64,000 bases of DNA from contig CAVOXA010000010.1 in the NCBI GenBank assembly GCA_963700285.1, positions 544,001 through 608,000 on the forward strand, read 5' to 3'. The first letter of the stretch is position 1. Every line of letters starts with the position of its first letter. Of this stretch, positions 1-9,780 are shown in pieces. The stretch is from an uncultured Chloroflexia bacterium (lineage in GTDB: Bacteria; Chloroflexota; Anaerolineae; JAAYZQ01). A program made the position numbers and the translations under genes. The notes beneath the pieces were generated by a model, which was not told the DNA's origin, made no database searches, and was given only the letters and a program-made list of their open reading frames with translations.

Positions 1-119
1 CGGTGGAGAATCCCAAGCGGGTTCTCGCAGTGTAGAAAAACTCTCCCGCGGGTTTGTTGAGAACTAAACCACTTTGAAATTGAGGCAATGGGGGAGCAGG
101 GGTGGAGAGCCAGGTAGAA

Positions 120-350
120 ACATAGGGGACCGCTGCCTGGTAGAGCTGCTCTATGCGGGTGATCACCTGGTACAGGGTGAACTGTCCTGCGACAGGCTCC
201 CGGTCGCGACAGCCCACAGCGGCAGCCTCGGCAGAGTCGTTCAGTAGGGTACGTGCAGCAGCAGCCCAGGTGGCTGGGTCGCCCGGCGGGGCAAGGTAGC
301 TGGTCTAGCCATCGACGATCTCGGGGCAGCCATTGAGGGCATGGCGACGA
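120..350 (-). pseudogene. C-terminal relic of a GT4-family glycosyltransferase
   Basis: Manual translation gives LNGCPEIVDG*TSYLAPPGDPATWAAAARTLLND...GQFTLYQVITRIEQLY, matching the GT4 C-terminal pattern (GGxPEiv.dg.tG.lv.pgD...). It has an in-frame TAG and no N-terminal part. Confidence 0.55.
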
Positions 351-399
351 CGGTCATTGTGGGCCTGAATGCTATCTCCGACCCTCCCCAGCCTTTCCC

Positions 400-2034
400 T
401 CACTGCGACACAAAGATCGGATCGGCCGTCATCTGGAGTTGAATGGCCCCGTTCTTTACCCCATCCGCGTCTCCTGCACCGCCGTCATCGACAAAGGTCA
501 CGCTACCCAGGAGATCGACCATGCGCAGCCTGCTGGTTAGGGCAAAAGTCAATGGGGCTGTCGCACCGCTATCCGGATCGACAACACCCCAGGCTACGGT
601 CTTTTCATGATGCGCAGCATCATGGAAGACATAGCCCTCTACATCAGGAACGTCCAGGGCGCGGGTGTAAGTATGGCCCCCCAATTCAAAAGTCAGCGTC
701 CGGTAGGCATGGAAAGCCGGTTTGGGCGACCAGTCCTCCTGGTACAAAAGCCCTTGTGTATGATAGTCGTAGGGCGGAGAGACCAGGACGAACCAAACAA
801 TGTTCTGCACACCAGCCGCCAGACCGCGGGCGTATCCCTGGACCACGTAGCGGGCTTGCTGAGCCAAGGAAGCGGGGTTGTCGGGATAACCGTGCTCGCC
901 CAGTTCAGTGACCCAAACCGGCTTGTCCAGGCCATAGCAGGTGCGCATGCGGTTTGCGACGTGGGATATCTTGGCAATCAGATCGATGCCCCCTGCCTCG
1001 TAGGTTCTGCCCTCGCCGTCGAACAGGTCGCCGCAGGTGGGAGCCGGCAGCCAACCGTTAATCCGATCCTCGCTGTTTGGATCCCAGCGCTCCCACTCTT
1101 TGTGGAAATCGGGAAAGTAGTGGAGGTTGGTCACGTCCCAGGGAAAGCTGTCGTCAGGACCGGCAGCTTTGATGACCTCATCAGGGAAATAGCGGTAGAA
1201 GGGGCCACCATATTCGAGGAACCAGTCGTGGGCTACGCCACCCATCAGGACAGTCGCACCCGGATCCGCAGCTTTGACGACCTGGTAGGCCACGGCAAGC
1301 ATCTCCGCATACCTGTCGCCATTGAGGCCCCAGCCCCCCCTGTAGTCGTCCAGGAAGGTCCGGTCGGGCTCGTTAAACAGTTCCCAATAGCGGATGTCGT
1401 AGGGAGGCTGTTTGTAGCGATCCACCAGGTCGGACAGGAATTGGGCAAACTCATCCAGCCGATCACGGTGGATAGGACCATTGGCCAGGTCTCCTGCCCA
1501 CTCGGGGACGTTTTCGACGTGGGCGATCATCTGTACTCCTGTCTCGGCCACCAGGCGAAGCTTGTCGTCATGGTAGGGGCCCCATACATAGTCGGCCGGC
1601 GGCGGACCAGGCTGGATCATGCCCCAGTCGATGCGTACGCGAGCCCAGCAGGCCCCACTGGCCTTCAGCCCATCGGTCAAAGCGGGAAAGGCTTCGTTAT
1701 GTTGGGCCATCCATTCGGCCTCAGCCTGGGGCATCGCCGAACCAACTTCGGCCGGCGCTATCTGGTGCAATGCCGCGATCTGAATTCCAAAGGGTGAGTC
1801 TGTCGAACAGGGAAACCGCTCGCTGGCGACGAGAGGTAGAAAAGCAGACGTGGCTGCGCCCGTTGCGGGTTGTCCGCTGGCCACCGCGGTGCTCAAACTG
1901 CCGTCTGCCTGCTGCCGGGGTAGGTCATTATTCCCTGAAAGTACCACGCCAGATGGCATTGGCGCGGACAGAACGGGTATGACAAGGATCAGAGATACAA
2001 GCAGAAAGATTGTCGTCACTTTCGGTACCTTCAT
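400..2034 (-). CDS. Secreted clan GH-A glycoside hydrolase (GH5/GH39-like)
   Basis: N-terminal signal peptide, WELFNEPD acid/base motif, VWVTELG nucleophile motif, and an internal AFLPLV motif before the catalytic domain. Confidence 0.75.
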   Translation of the reverse strand: MKVPKVTTIFLLVSLILVIPVLSAPMPSGVVLSGNNDLPRQQADGSLSTAVASGQPATGAATSAFLPLVASERFPCSTDSPFGIQIAALHQIAPAEVGSAMPQAEAEWMAQHNEAFPALTDGLKASGACWARVRIDWGMIQPGPPPADYVWGPYHDDKLRLVAETGVQMIAHVENVPEWAGDLANGPIHRDRLDEFAQFLSDLVDRYKQPPYDIRYWELFNEPDRTFLDDYRGGWGLNGDRYAEMLAVAYQVVKAADPGATVLMGGVAHDWFLEYGGPFYRYFPDEVIKAAGPDDSFPWDVTNLHYFPDFHKEWERWDPNSEDRINGWLPAPTCGDLFDGEGRTYEAGGIDLIAKISHVANRMRTCYGLDKPVWVTELGEHGYPDNPASLAQQARYVVQGYARGLAAGVQNIVWFVLVSPPYDYHTQGLLYQEDWSPKPAFHAYRTLTFELGGHTYTRALDVPDVEGYVFHDAAHHEKTVAWGVVDPDSGATAPLTFALTSRLRMVDLLGSVTFVDDGGAGDADGVKNGAIQLQMTADPIFVSQ

Positions 2035-2174
2035 AGGTCACTACATCCCATGGAACCTGGAACCCATCTGATCGCAGAGAGGACAGGCCGGGCTCCTTGC
2101 TCCCTGAATGCCTGGCCATGCCCCCTTCTCGTAGAACGGCTGATCCCCGTGGGCTACTTTGTCTGAACGATGGC

Positions 2175-2203
2175 ATTATAGCATCTTGCCAAGGGACCGT
2201 CAA
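2175..2203 (-). promoter_or_regulatory. Sigma70-type promoter for the GH gene
   Basis: Minus strand reads TTGACG-N17-TATAAT, with a TGn extended -10. Confidence 0.6.
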
Positions 2204-2218
2204 GCGCCCAGCAATAGA

Positions 2219-2246
2219 AAAGGCCCAGCCGTTTGGCTGGGCCTTT
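2219..2246 (-). terminator. Rho-independent terminator after the desulfurase gene
   Basis: Perfect hairpin aaaggcccagcc-gttt-ggctgggccttt about 40 bp past the stop at 2288, with a U-tract on the minus strand. Confidence 0.7.
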
Positions 2247-2287
2247 GGTGACATGCCATAGCTGCGTACGCTGGCTTGTCTAGTAGC

Positions 2288-3454
2288 CTAGCCCTTTCCC
2301 TTGGCAATCTCACGGACAGCGCCTATTGCGACGTCCACTTGGTCCAATGTGTTAAAGGTGCCCAGTCCAAAGCGGACTGTGCCCCTGGGAAAAGTACCCA
2401 GGGTCCTGTGTGCGGCGGGAGCGCAGTGCAGCCCCACGCGGCACATGATGCCATCGTCGTCGTCCAGGCGCAACCCCACCTCCGATGGGGCCAGACCTTC
2501 GACGTTGAAGGCAATGGTCGCCGTCTGGCAGGTCGCATCCCGGCCGCCGTATAGGGCCACCCCCGGGATATCACACAGACCGTCAATGAGTCGCTGGGCC
2601 AGTTCAATCTCGTGCTTGCGGATGGCATCCACACCACGGTCCATCACCCAGCGCACGCCAGCGAGCAGCCCGGCCAGGCCGACGGTGTTGGGAGTGCCAC
2701 TTTCGCACATATCGGGCAAAAAGTCGGGCTGCTCTTCGCGCTCAGAGCGGCTTCCGGTGCCCCCTCGCTTGAGAGGCACGAAGCGCTCCAGCTCCACGCG
2801 CTCGCCGATGACCAGACCTCCGGTACCCATGGGGCCGCCCAACGCCTTGTGGCCGGTGAAGGCCAGGAGATCAATCCCCTCATCTTCCATGTCGATGGGA
2901 TAGGCGCCAGCCGTCTGGGCTACGTCCACCAGCAGCAGGCAGCCGTGCCGTCGGGCCGCCTGACCAGCCTCCCGCACGGGCAGGAGCGAGCCACAGACGT
3001 TCGAGGCGTGGTTGAGGACGACCATGGCCGTCCCGGGGCGCAGGGCGGCCTGAAGGTCGGCAGGATCGAGAAAGCCCTGCGGCGAGCAGGGAACCACGGT
3101 CAGCTCGATGGGCCCGCCGCCCTCGCCCGCCGCCAGAGCGCGCAGGGGACGCATCACCGAGTTGTGCTCCATGCTGCTGGTAACCACGTGATCGCCGGGG
3201 CGGAGGTAACCGCACAGGGCCAGGTTGAGGGCTTCGGTAACGTTGGCGCCAAAGACCACGCGCAGCGGGTCGGCAACGTTAAAGAGATCGGCTATCGCTT
3301 CTCGGGCACCATAGACGATGCGCCCTGCTTCCAGCGAGAGGCGGTGCCCCGAGCGCCCTGGATTGGCGCCGACGTGGTCCATGAAATGAACCATGGCCTC
3401 AACTACGCCAGGTGGTTTGGGCCAGGAGGTAGCAGCGTTGTCGAAGTAGATCAT
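2288..3454 (-). CDS. Class-V PLP aminotransferase, cysteine desulfurase/selenocysteine lyase family
   Basis: MIYFDNAATSWPKP, EHNSV, FTGHK (PLP lysine) and GLHCAP (catalytic Cys). A GGAGGG RBS precedes the ATG at 3454. Confidence 0.9.
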   Translation of the reverse strand: MIYFDNAATSWPKPPGVVEAMVHFMDHVGANPGRSGHRLSLEAGRIVYGAREAIADLFNVADPLRVVFGANVTEALNLALCGYLRPGDHVVTSSMEHNSVMRPLRALAAGEGGGPIELTVVPCSPQGFLDPADLQAALRPGTAMVVLNHASNVCGSLLPVREAGQAARRHGCLLLVDVAQTAGAYPIDMEDEGIDLLAFTGHKALGGPMGTGGLVIGERVELERFVPLKRGGTGSRSEREEQPDFLPDMCESGTPNTVGLAGLLAGVRWVMDRGVDAIRKHEIELAQRLIDGLCDIPGVALYGGRDATCQTATIAFNVEGLAPSEVGLRLDDDDGIMCRVGLHCAPAAHRTLGTFPRGTVRFGLGTFNTLDQVDVAIGAVREIAKGKG

Positions 3455-3574
3455 GGGTTGCCCTCCATTTGCGAGCAAACGACGAAAGGTGTGAGCGGTC
3501 TTTCGCAGCGACAGTCGCTTATCGTCGCTAGCCGACCAGACAGCGTCTTATGTCACTTGAGCTCGCCGATGACC

Positions 3575-3805
3575 TCACCTGGTCAAGAGTAGCTTGAATC
3601 CATCCTTGACGTCCTGAACCTCTACCCGCCAGCCCTCCTTGCGGGCCATACGCGAAACATTGTCACGGGATGTCCCGGTTTCCACCCAGACCTCCAGAAC
3701 CCCCTCCCCAGCCGCCATCGCGTTGCGGGTCATGATCACAGGCTGGGGGCAAGATAAGCCTCGAGCATCGATTTTGCGGACCGGTGTATCCTTTGACATG
3801 GTCAT
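3575..3805 (-). CDS. TusA/SirA-family sulfur (selenium) carrier protein
   Basis: IDARGLSCPQP motif, 76 aa. Confidence 0.9.
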   Translation of the reverse strand: MTMSKDTPVRKIDARGLSCPQPVIMTRNAMAAGEGVLEVWVETGTSRDNVSRMARKEGWRVEVQDVKDGFKLLLTR

Positions 3806-3827
3806 ACTCCCTTTCGCATCTTACTCA

Positions 3828-4937
3828 TCACTCGTACTTCTCACGCATGGCAAAGCCTAGGAGCACGCAGACCAGTAGGCCCACCATCACGGCGGCCATG
3901 CCCCAGGGCGATGGCCCGCCTACCGTACCCGTCGCCACATTGTCAGGCCGGGCGGCCAGGTTGAAGTTGTGGGCAAAGGCTGCTCCCGTGAACATACCCA
4001 GGACAAAAACTCCGGCATCACCATCCCCCTCGCCAGACATGAAGAGCTGGCGACCAGGGCAACCCCCAGCCAGGGCAAAGGCTAGACCGGCCAGTACCAT
4101 CCCCAAGAAGTTCCAGAGTTGATTGCTGTGGGCAACTGGTTGGCCAAAGATCCCTGGATTAAACTGACCGAGGATCAAGTTCACCACAAAGGCGGCCACG
4201 AGCAACCCGACTACACCACTGATGAGGTGCGTATCCCGCATTAGGATCACATCCCGCACGGAACCCATGGTGCAGAACCGGGTGCGCTGGGCGAGGATAC
4301 CGACGACCAGACCAGCCAGCAGCGAGATAATGAGGGGTGCATACTGGGAACCGGGCCCAGCCTCACTGGTAAAGATCGGTCCCCCCTCAGAGAAAGTTGG
4401 CTTGAATATGGCCAGCAACAGGAAAAAGACCATGAGGCTGGGCACGATCCAGCCCACCGCCGCGCGGGTGGGCCGCGAGCGCCCCAGATTGTAACCACTT
4501 CTCAGAAACCACACGCCGATACTGACGCCTACAGTTAGACCGATCAAGCCCACAACAGCATTCAAGTCGCCGCCGGCCAGACGGAACAACGCCCGCCATG
4601 GACAGCCGAGAAAGACGAGCGCCCCGATCATGGCAAAGACGCCCAGGAAGAAGCGCGCGATAGGGGCTGACCCGGTTCGGGCTTTGAACTCCTTGAAAAG
4701 CAGGGCGGCGAGGGTCGCTCCCAGGACAAAGCCAAAGATTTCAGGGCGCAGGTATTGTACCGCAGCCGCCCGGTGCAGGCCGAGCGCCCCGGCAATGTCC
4801 CGCTCGAAACAGGCCACGCAGATCCCCATGTTCCCGGGGTTGCCCAGCTTCTGCAGCAAGGCGGCCAGGACCCCAATGATCGCTCCCACGATGACGATGC
4901 CCTTTCGCGACGCGAAAAAGCGCGTAGCTGATGCCAT
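3828..4937 (-). CDS. yedE: YedE-family putative selenium/sulfur transporter
   Basis: Multi-pass membrane protein with GNPGNMGICVACFERDIAGALGLH, QYLRPEI, GCPWR, RFCTMG and GGCPGRQ motifs of the selenium-associated YedE subfamily. Confidence 0.9.
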   Translation of the reverse strand: MASATRFFASRKGIVIVGAIIGVLAALLQKLGNPGNMGICVACFERDIAGALGLHRAAAVQYLRPEIFGFVLGATLAALLFKEFKARTGSAPIARFFLGVFAMIGALVFLGCPWRALFRLAGGDLNAVVGLIGLTVGVSIGVWFLRSGYNLGRSRPTRAAVGWIVPSLMVFFLLLAIFKPTFSEGGPIFTSEAGPGSQYAPLIISLLAGLVVGILAQRTRFCTMGSVRDVILMRDTHLISGVVGLLVAAFVVNLILGQFNPGIFGQPVAHSNQLWNFLGMVLAGLAFALAGGCPGRQLFMSGEGDGDAGVFVLGMFTGAAFAHNFNLAARPDNVATGTVGGPSPWGMAAVMVGLLVCVLLGFAMREKYE

Positions 4938-4999
4938 GTTGAACTCCTTTCTGTTGCGCCGATTTGACCTGCTGCTGCTTTATGAGTATACTGCCTTTG

Positions 5000-5035
5000 T
5001 ATAATCAAATGTTATATAACATATAGGATATGTTA
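5000..5035. promoter_or_regulatory. Candidate LysR operators
   Basis: TATAA-N7-TTATA (5000-5016, T-N11-A box) directly followed by the perfect inverted repeat TAACATAT-AGG-ATATGTTA (5017-5035), in an AT-rich divergent spacer. Confidence 0.6.
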
Positions 5036-5036
5036 A

Positions 5037-5065
5037 ATTATATCAGACTGTGCGGTGCGTGTCAA
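5037..5065 (-). promoter_or_regulatory. Consensus sigma70 promoter of the yedE operon
   Basis: Minus strand reads a perfect TTGACA-N17-TATAAT. Confidence 0.75.
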
Positions 5066-6037
5066 ATGAACCTGGAACATCTGCGGACTCTTATAGCAAT
5101 CGCGGAGCAGGGAAGCCTGTCTGCGGCGGCCCGGGCGAAACGGGTTAGCCAACCGGCAGTCACCAAGCAGGTGCAGAGGATTGAAGCAGAGTTGGGACTG
5201 TCACTGCTGGTGCGAGGGCCCAAGAGGCAGGCCGAGTTGACGCCCGCTGGTGAGCAAGTGGTAGCCTTTGCCCGCGAAACCCTGGCGCGCTATGAGGCTC
5301 TACAAAGGGAACTGGCTAACCTCAAAACCGTAGGGCAGGGCTTGATAGCCTTGGCATCTAGCACGATCCCAGGCGAGTACGTGCTACCAGGCCTGTTGGC
5401 AGCCTTCCGAACCGAGTACCCGCAGATCAAAGTGGAGATGACCATTTCGGATACCGCCGATGTCGCCACCAGATTGCTGGCCAATGAGGCGGATGTGGGT
5501 GTGATCGGCTCTACCATCCGGCGACCGGGGCTGCGTCTGGAGCGCCTCATGGGCGACGAGGTTGTCCTAGCGGTGCCGCCGGACCACTCTTTTGCCAGGC
5601 GGGAATGGGTCGAGGTGGAGGAGCTGAGGGGCAAACCGCTTGTGCTGCGCGAAGAGGGCTCAGGAACCCGGAGGAGTGTGGAAGCAGCCTTCGCTGCCGC
5701 CGGTATTGCGCTACCAACAGACAGCGTGGCTCTGGTACTGGGCAGTACCCAGGCTATCCTGCAGGCAGTGGGCCAGGGATTGGGACTGGGCTTTGTATCG
5801 GCGCGGGCAGCAGCCCAGGCCGAGGCGGACGGGCACATAGCCTGCGTTGGACTGGAGGGTGTGGATCTCCGCCGGGATCTGTACCTGGCCTATCTGCCCC
5901 AGCGGGCCGGCGATCCGTTGGTGGCACGGTTCCTGGCTTTCGCGCGGGAGCGATTTGGCGAAGCGGACCCTTTGGCTAGGTCCTTCGAAGATCCAGCTTG
6001 CGTTCCAGACGTTCCAGCCTGTGCTGGAGGTCGGTGA
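5066..6037 (+). CDS. LysR-family transcriptional regulator (CysL-like, selenium-cassette associated)
   Basis: N-terminal HTH (GSLSAAA...SQPAVTKQV), ASSTIPGEYVLP and LREEGSGTR motifs; divergent from yedE. Confidence 0.9.
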   Translation: MNLEHLRTLIAIAEQGSLSAAARAKRVSQPAVTKQVQRIEAELGLSLLVRGPKRQAELTPAGEQVVAFARETLARYEALQRELANLKTVGQGLIALASSTIPGEYVLPGLLAAFRTEYPQIKVEMTISDTADVATRLLANEADVGVIGSTIRRPGLRLERLMGDEVVLAVPPDHSFARREWVEVEELRGKPLVLREEGSGTRRSVEAAFAAAGIALPTDSVALVLGSTQAILQAVGQGLGLGFVSARAAAQAEADGHIACVGLEGVDLRRDLYLAYLPQRAGDPLVARFLAFARERFGEADPLARSFEDPACVPDVPACAGGR

Positions 6038-7225
6038 GGGTGGCCCGCTTTTTGGCGCTGGAGGGCCAGGAGCCGGCCAGAGTGATGCCCTGGCGCGTCC
6101 AAACGACCGCCTGGACCAGGTCCTCATCCTGCCATTCGTAGTGCTTGGCCAGTTCCTCGCAGGCATAGACGGCGCCTGCCGTCTCGACCAAGCGCTGCCA
6201 CCAGGGCAGCGCCTCCCCGCGGCGGTCCTGACACTTGAGCAGGTAGGCCAGGTCGCGCATGGCCATCTCGCAGACCTGGGTAGAGCGGCTGGTCCGGGCG
6301 GCCTGCGTGAAGGCTGCTTCGGCTCGATCCAGTTGCCCCAGGTCGTGTAACAAGCGGCCCAGGCCGTATAGATCCTCGCCTGGCACGCCGGCTTCAAGCG
6401 GTAGAGGCGCCGCCAGCAGGTCGCACAGCCGCGCAGTCAGTGTCACCAGCGACAGGATGTCCTGGGCGTTGTGGTAAAAGATGCGGGGCATCTCGCGGGC
6501 GTCGCCGGTGCGGGCATAGTCCGCGTACAGGCTGGGGATGAGCCAGCCGGGCACGTCGGCCTGGGTGCGCTGCACGCCCAGGACTTCGGTCTCCAGCGAC
6601 GACAGGGCGCAGGAGTCGAGGCGATACTTCCAGAAGCGGCGGGCTGCGGGCAGCAGGTCCAGGTGGGGGGCGTCGACCAGGCGGGGCGGTTGGCGGGTCA
6701 TGATGAAGCGGGTCTCCAGCAGGGGCAGGTCAAAGCTCTTGCCGTTAAAGCTGACCACGGCCTCCAGCCCGTCGAGCAGCTCGCCCAGGGCCTGGAGCTG
6801 GGCCGGCTCCTCGTGATAGTCGCGCATGAAGAACTGGTGGATGGTGAACCGCTCCCCTTCGAACAGGCCGACGCCCACCAGAAAGGCATAGGTGCCGGTG
6901 CCGCCGGCCAGGCCGGTGGTCTCGGTGTCGACGAAGGCCATGCGCTCGTAGTCCACGCCGGCCAGGCGCTCGTCGCGGGCCAGGCGGGCAGCGACCTCGC
7001 GGGGTATGGGCCAGCAGGTCAGCCAGGGCATGGTGACCGTGACGGTAGCCGGACTCGTAGCTCTCGCGGTACAGGAAAAAGGGCCCCGGCTCGGTGTCCA
7101 CCACCTCGCCGGGCAGCAGTGCCTCGATGGGCCGCCCCGGCGTCGGGGTTCGGGCTTGAGCTGTCGGCATGCCCCGGCGCAGGCCGAGACGTCTCAGTTG
7201 CTCGCGCAGGTCGAGGGTTGCCCAT
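5976..7225 (-). CDS. YprB-like RNase H-fold exonuclease with C-terminal TPR region (two apparent frameshifts)
   Basis: FVDTETTGLAGGTGTYAFLVG, SFNGKSFD, HLDLL and HNAQDI motifs. The N-terminus (LDLREQLRRLG, LLPGEVV) lies in other frames, with shifts near 7222 and 7005. Confidence 0.8.
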
Positions 7226-7237
7226 GCGATGCCTGGC

Positions 7238-8267
7238 TCAGGGCTGCAGCAGCCCCAAGAGCACGCCCACGGCGTTGTAGCTGGCGTGGATCAGGATGCA
7301 GACGGTGGTGTTGGTCCGGTTGCGCATCAGGCCCAGCACCAGGCCGATGACAAAGATCTCCAGGGTGGCCATCGTCAGCCCGTATTGCAGGTGGCCGATG
7401 GCGAAAAGGATCGGTCGCCAGCAAGAGCCCCAGCCGGGGCTGGACGGCGCCCCGGAACAGCAGCTCCTCGCTGATGCCGGCCGACAGGCCCAGGACCATG
7501 GCCCCGCCGACCGTCATCAGGCCGCCAAAGATGTTCTCGGTGACCCGCTCCACGAGGTCGTAGCCGGCCGGGTCCACCTCCTCCCAGGCCAGGTTGACGC
7601 CCAAGTCAAAGGCCAGCAACAGGACGGTGACGCCGGCGGCAGCGAGCAGTTGCTTCCACGGTCGGGCGGCGCAGACCCAGGCGCCCCAGAGTGAGACGCC
7701 CATCGCGCCGGATGAACAGACCGACACCGGCCAGGGCAAAGAGTACGAGGGGCAGGCCGGTCAGCAGGATATCCCAGATCGTCAGGGCCAATTCGGTCGT
7801 CGATCAGGTTCTCCAGGTCGCCGATGAGGGCCATCTGGCCCAGGCTCAGGCCGATCTGGTAGACGGCAAAGGCCAGGGCCGTGGTGTGGACCACCGAATT
7901 GGGGTCGATGGGCAGCCAGCGGGCCAGCCAGCGCCGCACGGCCGGGATCAGGGGCAAGCAGGCCAGGAGTGCGGTCAGTAGGGCGACGACGGCCACGGCC
8001 CAGCCAGTTGGTGGCCAGGGTCTGAGGGGGCATGGTCTCGGGCATCAACATCGTGGCCACCTGGTTGAGCAGGGCCAAGCCCACGAAAGCCAGGATTGCC
8101 AGATTGATCCCCCCCAGCAGCACGTAGGGCCCGTGGCGCAGCAGCAGGTCAACGGCGCGGTCCCGCTGCTGGTAGCCGATCACATAGGGTGACAGCCGGT
8201 GTCGCTCGCTGAAATTGGCCCAGACGATGGGTACGAGCAAGGGCAAGGTGAGTAGCAGAATTTCCAT
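7238..8267 (-). CDS. CPBP/CAAX-family intramembrane glutamic endopeptidase (several apparent frameshifts)
   Basis: ORF pieces 7782-8267, 7517-7996, 7606-7791 and 7194-7739 join into one multi-TM protein with ISEELLFRG, FAIGHLQY and IHASYN motifs. AGGAG RBS. Confidence 0.75.
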
Positions 8268-8285
8268 AGCGTCTCCTCGGCGCGG

Positions 8286-8314
8286 ATTATACCACCCTTT
8301 GCGGGGGTTGGCAA
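8286..8314 (-). promoter_or_regulatory. Sigma70 promoter for the CPBP/YprB genes
   Basis: Minus strand reads TTGCCA-N17-TATAAT with a TG extension. Confidence 0.65.
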
Positions 8315-8749
8315 TGGGCGGTGCGGCTGCTACTTGCTTCTGGTACTGGTTTCTGTTTTACCATGGAGGCGCTGAGGGCACGAAGAGGACTGGGGATCCT
8401 GTCCAGTCATTTGTTCGTACGAGCGCTGTGGGTATTCGAAGCAGAAGGTTCCTCTGGTAGGGGATTTGAGGGTTGTGGGTGGGGTTGATCGGTCAACATA
8501 TGCCAGCCAAGGCAGGTTGAAACGAAGCAGAAGCGAGTAGCAGACCGGGATGAGGGATTCCGGCAAGCGGTTTGGTCCTGAGAAGGCAGTTGAGAGGGCT
8601 GTGGGGCAAGCTGGGTACGACCTAAGCCGCATGCCGATGACCTGGTTGTGTCGGGGATTCAACCTGGAACGGCCGATGAAACTGGACGGCGCAGATGTCC
8701 CCAGCCAGTGACGGTTCCAAACACCGCATTTCCGGGCCAGGACCTTTTG

Positions 8750-8758
8750 TGGTATAAT
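8750..8758 (+). promoter_or_regulatory. Extended -10 promoter of hypA (probably leaderless)
   Basis: TGGTATAAT ends 8 nt before the hypA ATG, and there is no Shine-Dalgarno. Confidence 0.55.
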
Positions 8759-8766
8759 ACGCCGCT

Positions 8767-9111
8767 ATGCACGAGCTATCGATTACGCAGAGTGTCTTGG
8801 ACATTGTTCTTCGCCATGCCATGCAGTCCAATGCCCAGCGCATACTGGGCATCAACCTGGTCATTGGTGAGCTGACCGGGTTCGTGGATGACTCTATCCA
8901 ATTCTACTTCGACTTTATGTCAAAAGATACCCTGGCCCAGGGTGCGGAACTGAATTTTGAGCGCATCCCTGCCCGGGTCCGGTGCCACATTTGTGGTGCC
9001 GAGTACGCGCCACCCGACAGCCGGTTGTGGGCCTGTCCCGAATGCGAGGCCCTGGGGGGTGAGATTGTCAGCGGCAGAGAATTCTCTGTCGCGAGTATTG
9101 AGATAGAATAG
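8767..9111 (+). CDS. hypA: Hydrogenase maturation nickel metallochaperone HypA
   Basis: MHELS N-terminus and two CxxC motifs. Confidence 0.97.
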   Translation: MHELSITQSVLDIVLRHAMQSNAQRILGINLVIGELTGFVDDSIQFYFDFMSKDTLAQGAELNFERIPARVRCHICGAEYAPPDSRLWACPECEALGGEIVSGREFSVASIEIE

Positions 9112-9126
9112 GGAGGGGGCACGTTC

Positions 9127-9780
9127 ATGTTCACAGAAGTACTCCCCGTCTTGGAGGATATTTTGAGCGCCAACGACCTGGTCGCACTCGAGAATCGACA
9201 GATGCTCGACGAGCACCAGGTATTGGCTGTCAATGTCATGGCTTCGCCTGGCGCTGGCAAGACCAGCTTGATCCTGCGCACCATAGAAGCGCTTCAAGGC
9301 CGGCTGCGGCCGGGCGTCATCGAGGGCGACGTGGCTGGCCGCGTGGACGCCGACAAAGTGGCCGAAACCGGCACCCCGGTCGTCCAGATCAATACCGGCG
9401 GCGGCTGCCACCTGGATGCGCCGCAGGTACGTAGTGCCTTGCAACGACTGCCCCTGGGTCAGATCGACCTGCTCTTTATAGAGAATGTGGGCAACCTGGT
9501 CTGTCCGACCGGTTTTGCCCTAGGCGAGCATGTTAATATGATGGTCGCCCACGTCGCAGAGGGGGATGACAAGCCCATCAAGTATCCGGGCATGTTCGCT
9601 GCGGTAGATGCTCTGGTTCTCAACAAGATTGACCTGATGCCCTACCTGGATTTTGACCTGGAAGCCTTCACCACAGCCGTGCGCGCCTTGAATCAGGATG
9701 TGTCCATCTTTCAGGTTTCTTGCAAGACTGGCGATGGTTTGGAGGCTTGGGTGGAATGGCTGAGCCGCCAATCGCGCTAA
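9127..9780 (+). CDS. hypB: Hydrogenase nickel incorporation GTPase HypB
   Basis: SPGAGKT, GCHLDA, ENVGNLVCP and NKID motifs. Confidence 0.97.
   Translation: MFTEVLPVLEDILSANDLVALENRQMLDEHQVLAVNVMASPGAGKTSLILRTIEALQGRLRPGVIEGDVAGRVDADKVAETGTPVVQINTGGGCHLDAPQVRSALQRLPLGQIDLLFIENVGNLVCPTGFALGEHVNMMVAHVAEGDDKPIKYPGMFAAVDALVLNKIDLMPYLDFDLEAFTTAVRALNQDVSIFQVSCKTGDGLEAWVEWLSRQSR

Noticed and set aside
3455-3574. Hairpin and short alternative-frame peptide between tusA-like and desulfurase genes as UGA readthrough
   Set aside because: The TusA fold is complete at the TGA, and readthrough would add only 8 residues after the UGA with no motif.
8330-8740. Possible small gene or REP-like repeat (ccatggaggcgctgagggcacgaagagg, with a loosely similar stretch near 59635-59700)
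   Set aside because: Similarity is too degenerate to support from two copies, and the ORFs here look non-coding.
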